Source of the DNA: Folioceros fuciformis
Lineage: Eukaryota
DNA length: 42,191 nucleotides
Direction: 5' to 3'
Assembly (NCBI GenBank): GCA_049999805.1
Contig: JBNGIO010006255.1
Location: 294,630-336,820, forward strand
Shown: in pieces, positions 1 through 11,905 of the stretch
Numbering within the stretch: the first letter of the stretch is position 1
Layout of the letters: the number at the start of each line of letters is the position of its first letter
Position numbers and translations under genes: made by a program
The notes under the pieces: generated by a model
Database searches by the model: none
Told to the model about the DNA's origin: nothing
The model's input: the letters and a program-made list of their open reading frames with translations, nothing else

Positions 1-1442
1 GGAGGAGGCTGTCGTGGGGGGCGTGGGGAAGAAGAGCCTGAGCAATTGGAGGGCCACGTATCCTGTCACGGCATTCAGCTGGGGGAACCATGCGGCGTAT
101 GTGGCGGAGGCGGTGGAGCATGGGTGGCCGGCCTTCGCGCTCGCGTTTTATGCGTCTCCCAGCGTGCCTGTGGCCTCGAGCCTGTGGCATATGTGTACCA
201 AGTGCGCGCTGCACGATGGGTTCGAGCCGGAGATCACCTGGGACATGGGCGATGGGGCCGACTACATGCAGCAGGTGCGCTTCAACCCTGGGCTGGCGTC
301 CAAGAGGGACTGGTGTCTGCACCCCGTGCAGGCATTGCAAGCGGCGCTGCCGCTGCCGGGGCCGGCTCTCGTGCCCTGTACGTTCCCGCAGGACGCCTAT
401 TTCGAGCTCACCGTGCTGGCGGAGGGTGCGGAGTACCGGCCTGGGGTTGGCCCGAGCGGGGTGCAGGGGCACGCCGTCGTGGGTGGTCCTGCGGATAATG
501 AGTATGTGAAGCTGCTGCGGAGGTCGTCTTCCGACCTGATGGTGGCGGGGAATGGGGGCGGAGCCGGAGCCGGAGCCGGGGCCCTGCTGCAGGCTGGCGG
601 TGGGAGTGCCAAGGGCTCCTTTGATCTCAGCTCCTCTAAACGGAGCGAGTACGTGAAGGCCGCAGGGGAGGGTGCAGGGAGATCGGACGCAGATTTGCCC
701 TCCACCTGCTCGCTCGACTATGCGTTGCATGTCATTGCTGTCGGGCTGGGTGCGGCCAATGCGCCTCCGTTTCGGTTTCCCGGGACGGATCCTGGGTCTG
801 TCGGGTATCACTCTGCGGATGGCGCTGTGTATTTGAATGGTGGGTTGGCTCGTTTGCGGTAGTTGTTGCTGTCGCTCATGCTCCTGTTGGGATTTGGTTT
901 CCGGGGTGGGCATGTCGGGGTTTTTTTGGGTTTCGTAGGGTTTGTGGTGATGGAGATGGTGTGTGATGGCAGGTGCGCTGTATTCGGAGGAGGGGAAGAA
1001 GGTGCAGACCAAGAGGAGGATCTGGGGGGCGGTTACTAATACTGTAGGATGTGGGTTCGATCCGAGGCTGAGGAAGGTGTATTTCACGCTCAATGGGGAG
1101 CTGGTGCACGAGGTTAGCTGTAAGACGGCGGAGTATGGGAGCCCACTGTTCCCCATAGTGGCTGCTAACTACGATGTCACGGTCATGGTGAATTATGGGC
1201 AAGTCTTGTTTGAGTACATGCCTGCCAACGGGCTGAGGTCTGCGGATCCCAGCAGCAGGACGCCGCTCTCCAGGTCAGGGAAGGTGGGGGAGGATAGTGG
1301 GGATCTATTCTCCATGGGTAGAATAGATTCCCACTGGCTGTCGGAGCTGGAGTCCCCCAATTCTCCTGACCTCTCCCACAGGCATGTGCTTTCGGAGACG
1401 GAGTCCGATCTCTTCGAGATTGTGCTGGACGGGCGAGGTTAG
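1..1442 (+). CDS. SPRY (B30.2/RanBPM-like) domain protein, 5' partial; exons <1-839 and 973-1442
   Basis: Intron 840-972 (GT..AG) joins ...PGSVGYHSADGAVYLNG to ALYSEEG...NTVGCGFDPRLRKVYFTLNGE. AYFELTV, PG..PGSVGYHS.DG and VGCG..VYFTLNG are SPRY motifs. Stop TAG at 1440-1442. Confidence 0.85.
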
Positions 1443-1998
1443 AGACGCTTGTTGTTGATGTGTATACTCGCATTGATTGCGCTTGTACCATATGGGAGGA
1501 GAAGGAGGTGAAAGACAACCTCGCTACAGAGGCGGGTTGAAAGATGCAGCCTTGGGTGCGCTGTTTGCCAGTTGCTGCCAGCGGCATGTGGGCATATGCC
1601 TGCCGTGCGGAACCGTGACGCCAGCTCGAAATGACGCTACAGGTCAAGTGCACGACTCGTTGTATTCCCCGCATCAGCATCCAAGTCTGGCTATGGCGGG
1701 AGTGGAAAGTGCCCTCATCACTGTCAGCCAGGGCCTGTGTGACATCACGCTCCGGACAAGAAAGGGGAAAGGGCTTTTGAGCAATTCTAGGCCGTTCCTC
1801 TGCCAATTCCTGGGCCTGGTGTTTCATCAGTTTTCCAAAATATTGCGTTGCAGGAGGATGTTTCCTGTCGCCAATCATAGGGCCTGACGTCCACTGTTTT
1901 AACTCTAGGCCGGTCCTTTCAGAAAGTTGGGCTTGCAGCCTTGTATTCTTGGGAATTGTGAAGGAAAGATTTTTCAATCATTTGCATCGGGCCTGCTC

Positions 1999-4900
1999 TC
2001 ACCTTGGGAGGTAGAGAAAAGTTGAGGGTCCGCTTTGCTCTAAGCTATGCTTAATCTCCTCTTCATGCTGCATAGGTTTGTTCAGACTGCCAGGCAAAAG
2101 GGGCTCCAAGGTCCATACTGCAGTGGCTAACGCCGTCAAGCCCAGAGTAAAAATCACGAATTGACTCCCTGGACACCAAAGCACGGCCACCCTACTATAT
2201 CACTTGGCATCCAACCAGCCCCTCCAACAGAGATTGGAACAGTGCGTCCCGATCATACGTGGTAGAAACTGCGAATGCCGCCTTTGAGACCAGGAAAAAC
2301 TGCAGGGACCAATCGCAACATGAGTGGTTTGCCACTTAAGCTTCTGGAACTTCCACCTGTCGGCATGATGGCAACTCACATTGCACCTCCACTACCAGGC
2401 CCTATAGCCGTGAAGAGAGAAACTATGCTAAGGGAAAGCCCGTTTGCCGCTCCCCGTCGGCTTGCAGTCTGTGAAAATGTGCATGAGGTGGGCAGGTTGT
2501 TGGGTGAGAAATTTGCATCTTCAGGTTCTCTGCCGGCAAAGACTACACATATAGGTGGACATACTGACCACAGAGTTGTTGATGAGGAGAAGGGCTCCAT
2601 TGAGAGTGGCGACCTGCAAAAGCGCACGTCATTTCAACGCTCCAGCACCTTTCCTCCTTCCCCTTGTTCCTTGTTTCTCGTACACACAAGAAGCTGGGAG
2701 AGTGCTCACCAAAAACATGCACTTGAGGACGGTGCCCATGATCACCAACCCCTTCAGGAGAACCCCGGTGAAGTTATAAAACTACGGGTAGGCAGCTAGC
2801 ACGGGCAGTGCGAGGATCTGCAGCCGGGGAAAAAGATGGCCCGCTTCATCAGCAGTTTCACAGTTATGGAAGTGATCTTTTGTTCAGCAATGCACCAGGG
2901 CCATGATCACCTACGGCAGAGATGCGTGTCACTTTGATGGATCCCAGTCTATTTGCAATGGGTGGAAAGAGCAGAAGTTGGAGCACCAGCATGATCAAAC
3001 CTTGAGCCCACAAGCGCACCCTTCAGTGTTAGACCAAGCCTCGGACGAGTGGCACACGGGTGCGGCTTAGCTACCTGAGGACGAAAGAGCATTGCCGACA
3101 TCTGTTGTGGTTAAGCCCAGCCCTCCAGATGCTCTCGGGCTTACACAGTACAAGGAGAAAATCTGCAACACAAGCAGGCTTATCAGGTTTTCACCACCAG
3201 AATCATGCAGATGCTAAGCAGAAGCAGCTCCAAGGTACCTCAGCGAAAGCCATGTCGTACAGCGACCAGAGGCAATACAGTGTTATAGCTGACATCAAAG
3301 ACCAGTTCGTCAGCATTGAGATGAGGGCATTTGTGTACTCTGATGTTTGTGCTTCATTGACAGCCGTCTCCTCTGCCACTCCCTGGGGCTTGTGATGCAT
3401 GCTTGCTTGACGTATATCATCTTCGTGCACATGAATTGTCTCCTGAAGTTTAGCAACGAGGAGGAACAGGCTTTGGAGTATATTGTTTTTGCCCTCTGCA
3501 ATCTGCTGGATCTTGTCAGAACAGGGCCCATCAAAAGAGACAACATACAAGCAGGTGGAAGGCGATGCACATGCCCACGAAACAGGCAGCTGAACACACA
3601 ACCGCGGGCAATAAGTAGGGGTACCTGCGATTGCGAAAATCGGCAGACTTTAGAGAGGCAGATTCGAGGTGTCTGCTATGCATCTGGAAGGATTTGAGAG
3701 AGACCAAACCTACCCAGCAAATAGCGACCCATCGGGAAACAGGCTGGGATACTGCTGAGCTGGCTGCAGAACACGATCCGACCTCAGCTCGTTAATCGTA
3801 CCGGCGAGAACACGACAATTCATCAGGCGATACACGTACAGAGTGCTGCCACCCACCCACCCACCCACCCACCCACNNNNNNNNNNNNNNNNNNNNNNNN
3901 NNNNNNNNNNNNNNNNNNNNNNNNNNNNNNNNNNNNNNNNNNNNNNNNNNNNNNNNNNNNNNNNNNNNNNNNNNNNGCCAAGTACCCTCCAATTGCAGGA
4001 CTGACTACTAAACCAACGCCCCATGTGGTGCCCACCTGTGGGTCAGACCAAATGGAGTTCGAGCCATCTACCCTGCCCTCTCCTAGAAGCTGAAATTTTG
4101 GCACAGATATGGACAGGTCGCAACTCACCACTGAAACAGCCAGTGCTTGAGCATCTTCGCTACACAGCTCGGACGCGTAAGCCTGTAGTCATCACGTTGC
4201 GACAACACAACATGTCATCTGAGAGTGGCAACCACCCACTCACTTCTGAGGATGGGGAACACCAAGTTACCTTCACAGGTCCTAGCACACCATTAAAGCA
4301 GCCTAACAGAAATCGGGAAGTCAGAGCCATCCAGAAACTTCTGCTGACTCCGAAAATCAAGTTGAGCACCATCCTGCATTAGTCCACGCAGAAATGATCA
4401 GCGCAAGCGTGATCCGAAGTTCCCCGTTGTTAACACAAGAGGCTGCCCAGGCATGATACTTTTGTCAGCAAGCTGCCCCCAGTAAATGGAAGGCAGGCAT
4501 GATACTCTTGTCAGCAAGCCTGTAGCTAAGAGTATCATGCCCAGGCATGATACTCTTAGCTACAGGCCTGTGGAACACACGCCCGGAGCCGACACCTGCT
4601 ATAATAATTGGTCGTTTCCCATGCTTGTCAGCAAGCTGCCCCCAGTAAATGGAAGTCAGGCACCGGCCAACCAGGAATGCCGAGCCTGCAAGACATGCAC
4701 CCCAAGGCTCAAAGGCTCCGGGACCTGGCACCATCACAGCAACATACAGTGCAGCAGCGTTCCGAAACACCGAGACCCACCAATGAAGCCAGCGTAATAG
4801 GCTATATCCTTTATCACGCTCTGCGATGTGAAAGTCTTGCACCTGAAACACTTGCAAACCCAGGAATTTTAGAATCTCCCAAGGACGGCTCTCTCCAAGC

Positions 4901-5340
4901 TCGAATGGTCGAGGCAAGAGTAACAGGCCCATAGTATTACCATGAAATAGAGGAAGGGGTAAAGAGAACATGTTGGCAACGCTGCATGCACAGCGCAGAC
5001 ACAAGCAGTAATGTGCACTGTGAAGATCGAGAGGTTCCCAGGCCTCAACGACTTCATCCAAATGAAATTGACACGGAAGTACAAGCCCACCATTGCAAAA
5101 AACCACCACGGCCACGGAGAAAAACTTGAAGTAAGGTGGAGGAGCCCCCTTATTCCTCCAGTGGGCACATTTGCATCCTGGACAGTTAGGATACACAGAA
5201 CTCCTTCTTTGCAGGAGCTGCTCATTCAGATTCTCAGAAACAGTCACATACTTCCTGCGCTCTGGCTCTGGCAAGAATTCCTTATTTGCTGTAGCTGCAC
5301 CTGGGAGTGCTTGCTTTTGATGGTCATGCAGGTCCCCATG
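1999..5340 (-). CDS. ZINC INDUCED FACILITATOR-LIKE MFS transporter, multi-exon; apparent frameshift near 4810, unclear start, possible pseudogene or assembly error
   Basis: Spliced exon peptides YPNCPGCK, ALPTCSLYPFLYFM, DFHIAE, WGQLADKHGKRPII, RFLLGCFNGVLGPVKAYASELC, TTWGVGLVVSPAIGGYL, QPAQQYPSLF, YCLWSLYDMAFAE and GAANGLSLSIVSLFTAIGP match the plant ZIF/ZIFL family. Stop at 1999-2001. Confidence 0.88.
3849..3876. repeat. (CCCA)n microsatellite next to an assembly gap
   Basis: About 7 copies of ccca immediately before the N run. Confidence 0.9.
3877..3976. other. Assembly gap (100 N) inside the ZIFL gene
   Basis: Run of n characters. Confidence 0.99.
4518..4567. repeat. Perfect 24-bp inverted repeat with 2-nt spacer, intronic
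   Basis: gcctgtagctaagagtatcatgcc-ca-ggcatgatactcttagctacaggc; the arms are exact reverse complements. Confidence 0.95.
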
Positions 5341-6439
5341 GTGTGGCAGTCGTTTGCATGAGCCTATTCCAAGTCTGCATTAGCTTCCGGATTTCACTCT
5401 ACACACTCCACCACTCCAGATAACTAGCATTGGCTTCCCAGCTTGACACGCCATTCGCATAACTAGGTGTCCAACTCTCAATCAAATTACTTCACGCCTT
5501 GGAAGGGGCCTGGAGGCTACCAAACCGGGTGCCAGACGAAATTGGCTCAAGACCCATGTAATACAGCGTAAACATGGGCAGAGAGATTTGTAGGAAACCA
5601 TTTACACTTACAGGATCTGGGAACTTCGAACCCAACCTTCAGCAAGGACTCGTTGCCCCAGGGACAAAAGCGTGCAGTGCTTTGAACCTATTAATTTCTG
5701 GACGTACTAATGATATTATTGTTTTGTATATATATATTCAAATTAAGTGGCTAAAATACAATGAAATGGGAGGTCAGCTTAATGTCATGGAAGAAATAGT
5801 ATTGCTTCTCGACGCCAACGGTCTAAGCAAGACTAATGTAATATTAAGAGTATTTTTTGATTGTTTTTAGAAAAAAAAGATGAAAAATCATCTACACCTA
5901 GAGAGATAAACCATCTAATAACAAGAATGATTTTTTTATTTAAAAAAAAAACAAGATGAAAAACCCAAACCCATCTAGAGAACGAGATAAACCTAATGAG
6001 ATAAATCATGATAGGGCTAGGGCTAACCCCTCAAACCTAATCACTACCAATAACACCTTAACAGCTAATGACTAGCAATAGCACCTTAATACCTCAGGAG
6101 TTGATTACAAGAACTATGTGACTTCTTAAGAGGAAGGCAAAAACTTATTAGATGTAAGGTGAGCCCATTGGAGTTAGCCAAGCCCATCTCGGTTCAACAT
6201 GGCTATTAGGTTGGATCAACATCTGACACACTACCACAGTTTCCTAAAATAAGGTCAATATCAAATTATTTAATAATAATTGAGATTGTATGCCTTACTA
6301 GATAGTAGATAAAGTGTGAACCTATCTGCCTCCCAACAACTGATGGAAAACCCCAACGTCGAAGGGAAAGCTGATATTATGAGTTATACCATAAATTAAA
6401 TTTCCCAACCCAATCAGAAGAATCGTAGGTTAGAATTAC

Positions 6440-8098
6440 TCAAGCATCGGTTCCGGCGATGCCATAGGCCCGCTTCGCCGAATCCACAGTGTTGGACAAG
6501 AGCATTGCAATCGTCATGGGTCCAACCCCGCCCGGAACGGGTGTGATTGCTGAGGCTACTCTCACTGCTTCTTCATAGCAAACATCCCCTACGAGTCTGT
6601 AGCCCCGCTCGCAGGAAGAGTCCTGGGCAAGGCAAGGAAGAACATTAACAACAAGACACAAGAAGCTTCCAGCTCAATGACGGATGTTAGATGAGACAAC
6701 CTCGATTGGGTTGATTCCCACATCAACCACCACTGCCCCAGGCTTCAGCCAATCCCCTCGAACCAGATTGGGCACGCCAACGGCTACGACGACCACGTCT
6801 GCGTTGCGTGTGATTTCCTCTGGGTTGTGGGTTTGTGCATGAACCACGGTGACTGTCATGTTGTACTTCTGGAGAGGGCAAGAAAGGAAAGGTTCAAGGA
6901 CACGGGCAAAACGATCCCCCAGCAGGGAGCAGAAACACTAGGCTGGAGCTTGCAACAGGGACCAGCAAGGAGTAATGGGAGGCAGTACCTGCAATAGCAT
7001 CGACGCGGGTATACCAACGATGTTGCTCCGGCCGATGACCACTGCGTGTTTCCCACCCATGTCAATCCCTGAACGCAGCAGAAGCTCCATGCAGCCCTTC
7101 GGAGTACAAGGCACAAACAGCGGATCACGTCCATGCATTGCAAGCCTCCCGATGTTCAGGGGATGGAAACCATCCACATCCTTCTCAAGGCTCACTTCCC
7201 CTAGAACCTTTTCCTCGTTGATATGCTGCAAAAAAGGGGAGAGTGGTAAAGTTTGTAAGCCATCCGGCATAGATCCCAAGCTTCAACAAGCACATCAACA
7301 CTGCAAACTTAGAAACAGGTCAAACACACCTTGGGAAGGGGCAGCTGTACGAGCACTCCATGTATTGCTGGATCATCGTTAAATTTGCGGATGTACTTGA
7401 TAACTTCCTCCTCAGATGCCCTCTCTGGAAGGTGGACACCAAAGCTTCGAATTCCTACCTCGTCGCAAGCCATTTTTTTGTTCCGCACGTAAGACTCGGA
7501 ATCCCTACGGTTTCCTACCAGCACCACAGCCAGACCTGGAACTTCACCAACTCGCTCCTTCATCTTTACCACTTCAGCAGCAAGTCCGTCCTTTATTTCC
7601 TTGGATATCTTGATTCCATCAATAATCGCAGCAGACTTGTCTGCTGACGCTGTCCCAAGACACAACCCCTGTCAGAACACCAATTCCTAACCAGCGACAA
7701 ACATGACAGAACACAAAGGAGGCCACATCTGCAACCGAAACCTAACCTGGGAAAACATGCTGCAAAGGTGGCCAACTAGGCCGGGCTTTCCACGCATCTT
7801 CAACATTCCATCCCAGCGTCGGAGGTGTCTTGAGCCGCTGAGGCCCAGGCTGCGAGAATCCCAAATGCTTCATCCCCGGCCTTGCATTTCCAGTCAGCCC
7901 TGTCAGCCCTGCTCTCGCAAATACACCTCCGTACGCAGGAGTCAAGGCGTCAAACCCATTGGGCGCCGAGGAAACAGCCAAAGCCTTTGCCCACAAGTCC
8001 AAACTTTGCCTGATGCTCTGGACAGCCACCGCTCTACGCCATAACGGGGTGAGCATTCCCCAGGCACCGGACCCTGTCAGACGCGCCGCGTTCCTCAT
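6440..8098 (-). CDS. FOLD: Bifunctional methylenetetrahydrofolate dehydrogenase/cyclohydrolase (FolD) with transit-peptide-like N-terminus, multi-exon
   Basis: Motifs [15 protein letters not shown]...[63 protein letters not shown] and [17 protein letters not shown]. Start ATG is at 8098 or 8056. Confidence 0.95.
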
Positions 8099-8682
8099 CG
8101 AAGCTCCCCTGCCGGCCTACGTCGGAGACAGGAACCAGAAACTGGAAGTCGAGATAGGATTCCTGTGCACAAAACCATCTCCGCCCATCAGACCAAGCAC
8201 GCTCTGGCAGCAACTGCGGCAACCCAACAAGAACCGACCGCACACCGCACTCACCGGATTCTGGTCAAGGAAGCAGGAGCGTAATCATACCACCTATCTG
8301 AAGCTCGCACCGCCGCTGAATGACACAGAGGGGAGCCGACGGAAGCACACATCTCATCCCCTGCACACCAGCCTGAAAAACCCACAACCGATCCTGAAAA
8401 CCCACAAAATTTCACTCCCCGAGACTGCAACCCACAACGGAAGCTCAAGACCCAAACCCACCATCCCCCCGAATCACTCACCGGCGCACGGATTCCACTG
8501 CATCCACCAGCAGACCAGGAAATCCTGAGCTTGCTGGGACACCAAGCCCACAAGACCACACAAGGGGAACACCAACAAACGCCGATCTCGTCCTAACAAT
8601 TCCCAATCCAAAAATCTGGACCGCGGAAAGCCACGAGCTCCCGGAAAGGAGACGCCGACACCGGGGCACGCTTGAGTCACAA

Positions 8683-9591
8683 GTGACGAACCGAGAGGAG
8701 AAAGCCACAGTCAACCAGCACGGCCACCTCAAGGAGCAGCTTCCAGCACCACTTCGCAGGACGTTACAGGGCCAGCACGCGCCTGCTCGTTGGGACAAGA
8801 AGGGTGGGTCCATCCGCCAGTACCTCCATCGACACTCTCGCATCGAGACATTGTTAGACGTTGCTGCCGGCCGGTCTCGTTGCACAGCCCCCGCCACCCG
8901 GGCTAGAACGGCCGCGTTTCAGCCGCATTGCCCCGATTCTTACCGCCACGTCTTGCTTGGCAGCCGACAAGCCTGTCCGACCGGGGGCCACCTGGCTATA
9001 CCTCATGGCGCCGGCAGCAATTATAGGTATAGCCCGCATGGCCGGCATGGGTGTACCGTAGAAGAAGACAAATTCTATGCATTCAATGAGGACGGATGGA
9101 CGGAACTCTGGTATTCAATGCTTCGAAATACGTACCAGTATGGAGCCGCTGGCAGTGTGACATACGGGCTATACCTCCCTGCTATTGGATCGTCAGGGCG
9201 GGAGGCCGGTTGTTCGAATATATATTATTATCCTGAAGTGTTTGGGTGCACGATTTCGACCTTTCCTCGAGCTGAGAGAGGAGACCAGGCCACCAATGGT
9301 CGACCCACGAAGGTGGAAGGACAGCCCCGCTGCTTTCTTTTTCATTTCTGGGAAATATCCTACAACTGCAAAACGGTTAGGGCGGTCTCTCAGATATCTC
9401 CATCCGCCTCACAAGTATCCTATCGAGGTAACGTGACAAAACAAGGTGCGCATGTGCTTGGCATATTCAGGAATCCACTAGATGCGGAGACGTGGGCCTG
9501 GAATGAATCTAGTTACGACTCACATGCTGGGCTGGCTCGGAATCTTGTTCATCCTGAGGAATGCGTCTGGGACTTGTTCTCACTGCCGTGA
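8683..9591 (+). CDS. Uncharacterised long ORF (302 codons open; first in-frame ATG at 9118), coding status uncertain
   Basis: Uninterrupted frame between FolD and RAD51D, not the shadow of a recognised exon. No family recognised with confidence. Confidence 0.3.
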   Translation: MTNREEKATVNQHGHLKEQLPAPLRRTLQGQHAPARWDKKGGSIRQYLHRHSRIETLLDVAAGRSRCTAPATRARTAAFQPHCPDSYRHVLLGSRQACPTGGHLAIPHGAGSNYRYSPHGRHGCTVEEDKFYAFNEDGWTELWYSMLRNTYQYGAAGSVTYGLYLPAIGSSGREAGCSNIYYYPEVFGCTISTFPRAERGDQATNGRPTKVEGQPRCFLFHFWEISYNCKTVRAVSQISPSASQVSYRGNVTKQGAHVLGIFRNPLDAETWAWNESSYDSHAGLARNLVHPEECVWDLFSLP

Positions 9592-9648
9592 TCACATCAG
9601 CAGTCTTGAAGCCTCCTCTGCAGAGGTGAAACATAGCTTGCTTGTTGC

Positions 9649-11568
9649 TCACCTGGACGTCAACATACATACGGTTGGACACGGTGCTTTCAATGCCTGG
9701 AGGTGAGGCGGTGGAGGCTTGGGGAGGTGGAAATACCACTGAACTGTGCTTGAGCACGGTTGCACGGCAGATGGAAGTTGTGTCGTCACGTTCCAGCAGC
9801 AGCCTAGCGTGAGGAACGGATTTCCAGCTTTCACCTAGTGCTGGCTTGGTCTGGCCGTCGTCCCCACTAACAGTATGGTTTGTGACCTGTGACATCAAGC
9901 ACATGTCAGCTCCGTCATTTTCACATAGGGCATGTTGATGCTGATACGGGCCACTGTGGAAGGTTACCAGGATGGCAAGATTCTGTGCGTGTGCAACCCG
10001 TTTCAGCATGAACCCCAGTTTGATCATCAGAGGATGACCTGCAGCATTTCATGTCACTGGGTTATTGCTCACGTAGCTGTGATGGCATAACATACGCAAT
10101 CAGCACAAGAGTAGCGACGTATTGACTTGTACCTTGTTGAGATTTTCCTCCAAGGATAGGGGAGACTAAAGAAGATGCAGAATCTAATATCAGAATACTC
10201 AGCGGAGGATGCTCCTCTGATGCCTGTATTGGACAAAAGGTTGATTGATGCATCAGTCACGAAAGTGAGCATACACTGTTACTGCGACATTTCTGGCGTG
10301 CACAACATAGTGCACAGGACTCCGCACAAAGAAAACACCACACCTGCACGGGCACTGCTTGGAGCTCCTGGATGAACTCGATTAGAGAAAAAATGCTGTG
10401 TATTCGATAGACTACAATATTCCTCATGGCACACTCCAACTCATCTTCTGCATCCTGAAAGCTACACAAAACAAGTGCTCCATAATTTCTCCAGCCTTTC
10501 CCCGCATACATATTCAAAACTAGTGATCATTTGGGCAATGGCAAAACAAGCTGCCAGCTTTCAGTTCCTGAGCAGAAGTTCAACAAGTGACAGGTCGTTG
10601 CTCACCCTAATTCTCTTCCTAGATCCCAAGGCACCACCCAGCATGTGCGCAATCCTCTTAGCAGAAAAGGAGTTCGACGTGTCTACGTATGCCACGGATG
10701 TCATTGTCTGGTAAGCCACCGTTGCAGCAGTTTGCAAACAGAGCTGCTGGGCACGAGCAGACGGGTATTAAGGATTCACATCGAGGACCAAAAACTGACG
10801 CAATAACATACTACTCAAACATGTCCAGGCGGGAAACTGGAGGACGAGACGTCGTCGTCAGACACCAAACTTACAGCTGCTGGCATGCCAGTAATGAGAC
10901 CCATAAGGCAGAGACCAAGGTGCCTGAGACGACAACAAAGCAGAAGTACCTGTGTTTTGCCAGACGCAGATGCACCAACCACCTCTGTCACCGCGCCTTT
11001 TAACAAGCCACCTTGAAGCATGGAATCCAGACTGCAACGGGAAGGAAACTTTTGAAGTGCTTGTAACGGTGACATACTCTCGCAGCACAACATTTTCGAC
11101 ATCTCTCTACCTGACACAACCCGTGGGAAGAAAGTAATTGCCACCCTGCTGCTCGAGAAAACTGTCACCGAACTGGATTCCTCCATGAAGAGTCCCTACA
11201 AATGACAACAACTCTGCAACGGCCTAAACGTCCGAGCAGTTAGTCATGAAATGTGCAATCAGCTCTTAGCCAATCATGGAGAAGGGATGTCGGGGAGAGG
11301 TCAACCTGGCTCCGTTCCTCCCTGTCAATGCCTGCCAAAGACTGAACGTCGCAGGCAAGGAAAGCTTCAACTGCCAGATTACCAGGGAGTCGTAAGCAGA
11401 AGGGTCCAACGAATCAGCAAATAGAAATTCAAGACTAGACTTGAAACGAAGTCCTGAGACGATCAGACAATCAAGGAGCAGAAAAGACACACCTGTGTAG
11501 ATGGATTGGGACGAAAAGTACGCAAGCGCTTTCTGACTCAGGGATGGAAGTGAAGACAGCAAAGGCAT
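9649..11568 (-). CDS. RAD51D: DNA repair protein RAD51 homolog 4 (RAD51D), multi-exon
   Basis: Start MPLLSSLP at 11568. Walker A region LDSMLQGGLLKGAVTEVVGASASGKTQ, YVDTSNSFSAKRI, Walker B LILDSASSLVSPILG, and VTNHTV...KPALGESWKSVPHARLLL, which is typical of RAD51D. Confidence 0.93.
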
Positions 11569-11905
11569 TCCGGCATTGTAGGAGAAAGTTGCTCCGACTG
11601 CAGCATGGCATTCAGCAATGCAGCGCCACAGTGGTGATTCGAGAATCAAGTGCAAAAGTAACTAGGTTATGGACGTCTGTGCCTTCGTGGTGCGGACAAC
11701 TGGCAGACGCAAAAATAGTCGCCCTCGCCCCTTCAGTGCATCATGTTGGGACTGGCTGTCCGCTTCATTCGTCTCGGAGACTGCAACTCGTGCATCTGTG
11801 TAGCGTCCTGGACTTCAAGGTTCCCTCATGGTGGGATTGCTTTCATTGTCCTGCGTGCTGTCCAAGGGATGTTTTCACGTCATCCATCCTTGATGTTTGT
11901 GGCAG

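Noticed and set aside
1183..1977. 264-aa minus-strand ORF
   Set aside because: Antisense to SPRY exon 2 and its 3' UTR, non-ATG start, no recognisable motif.
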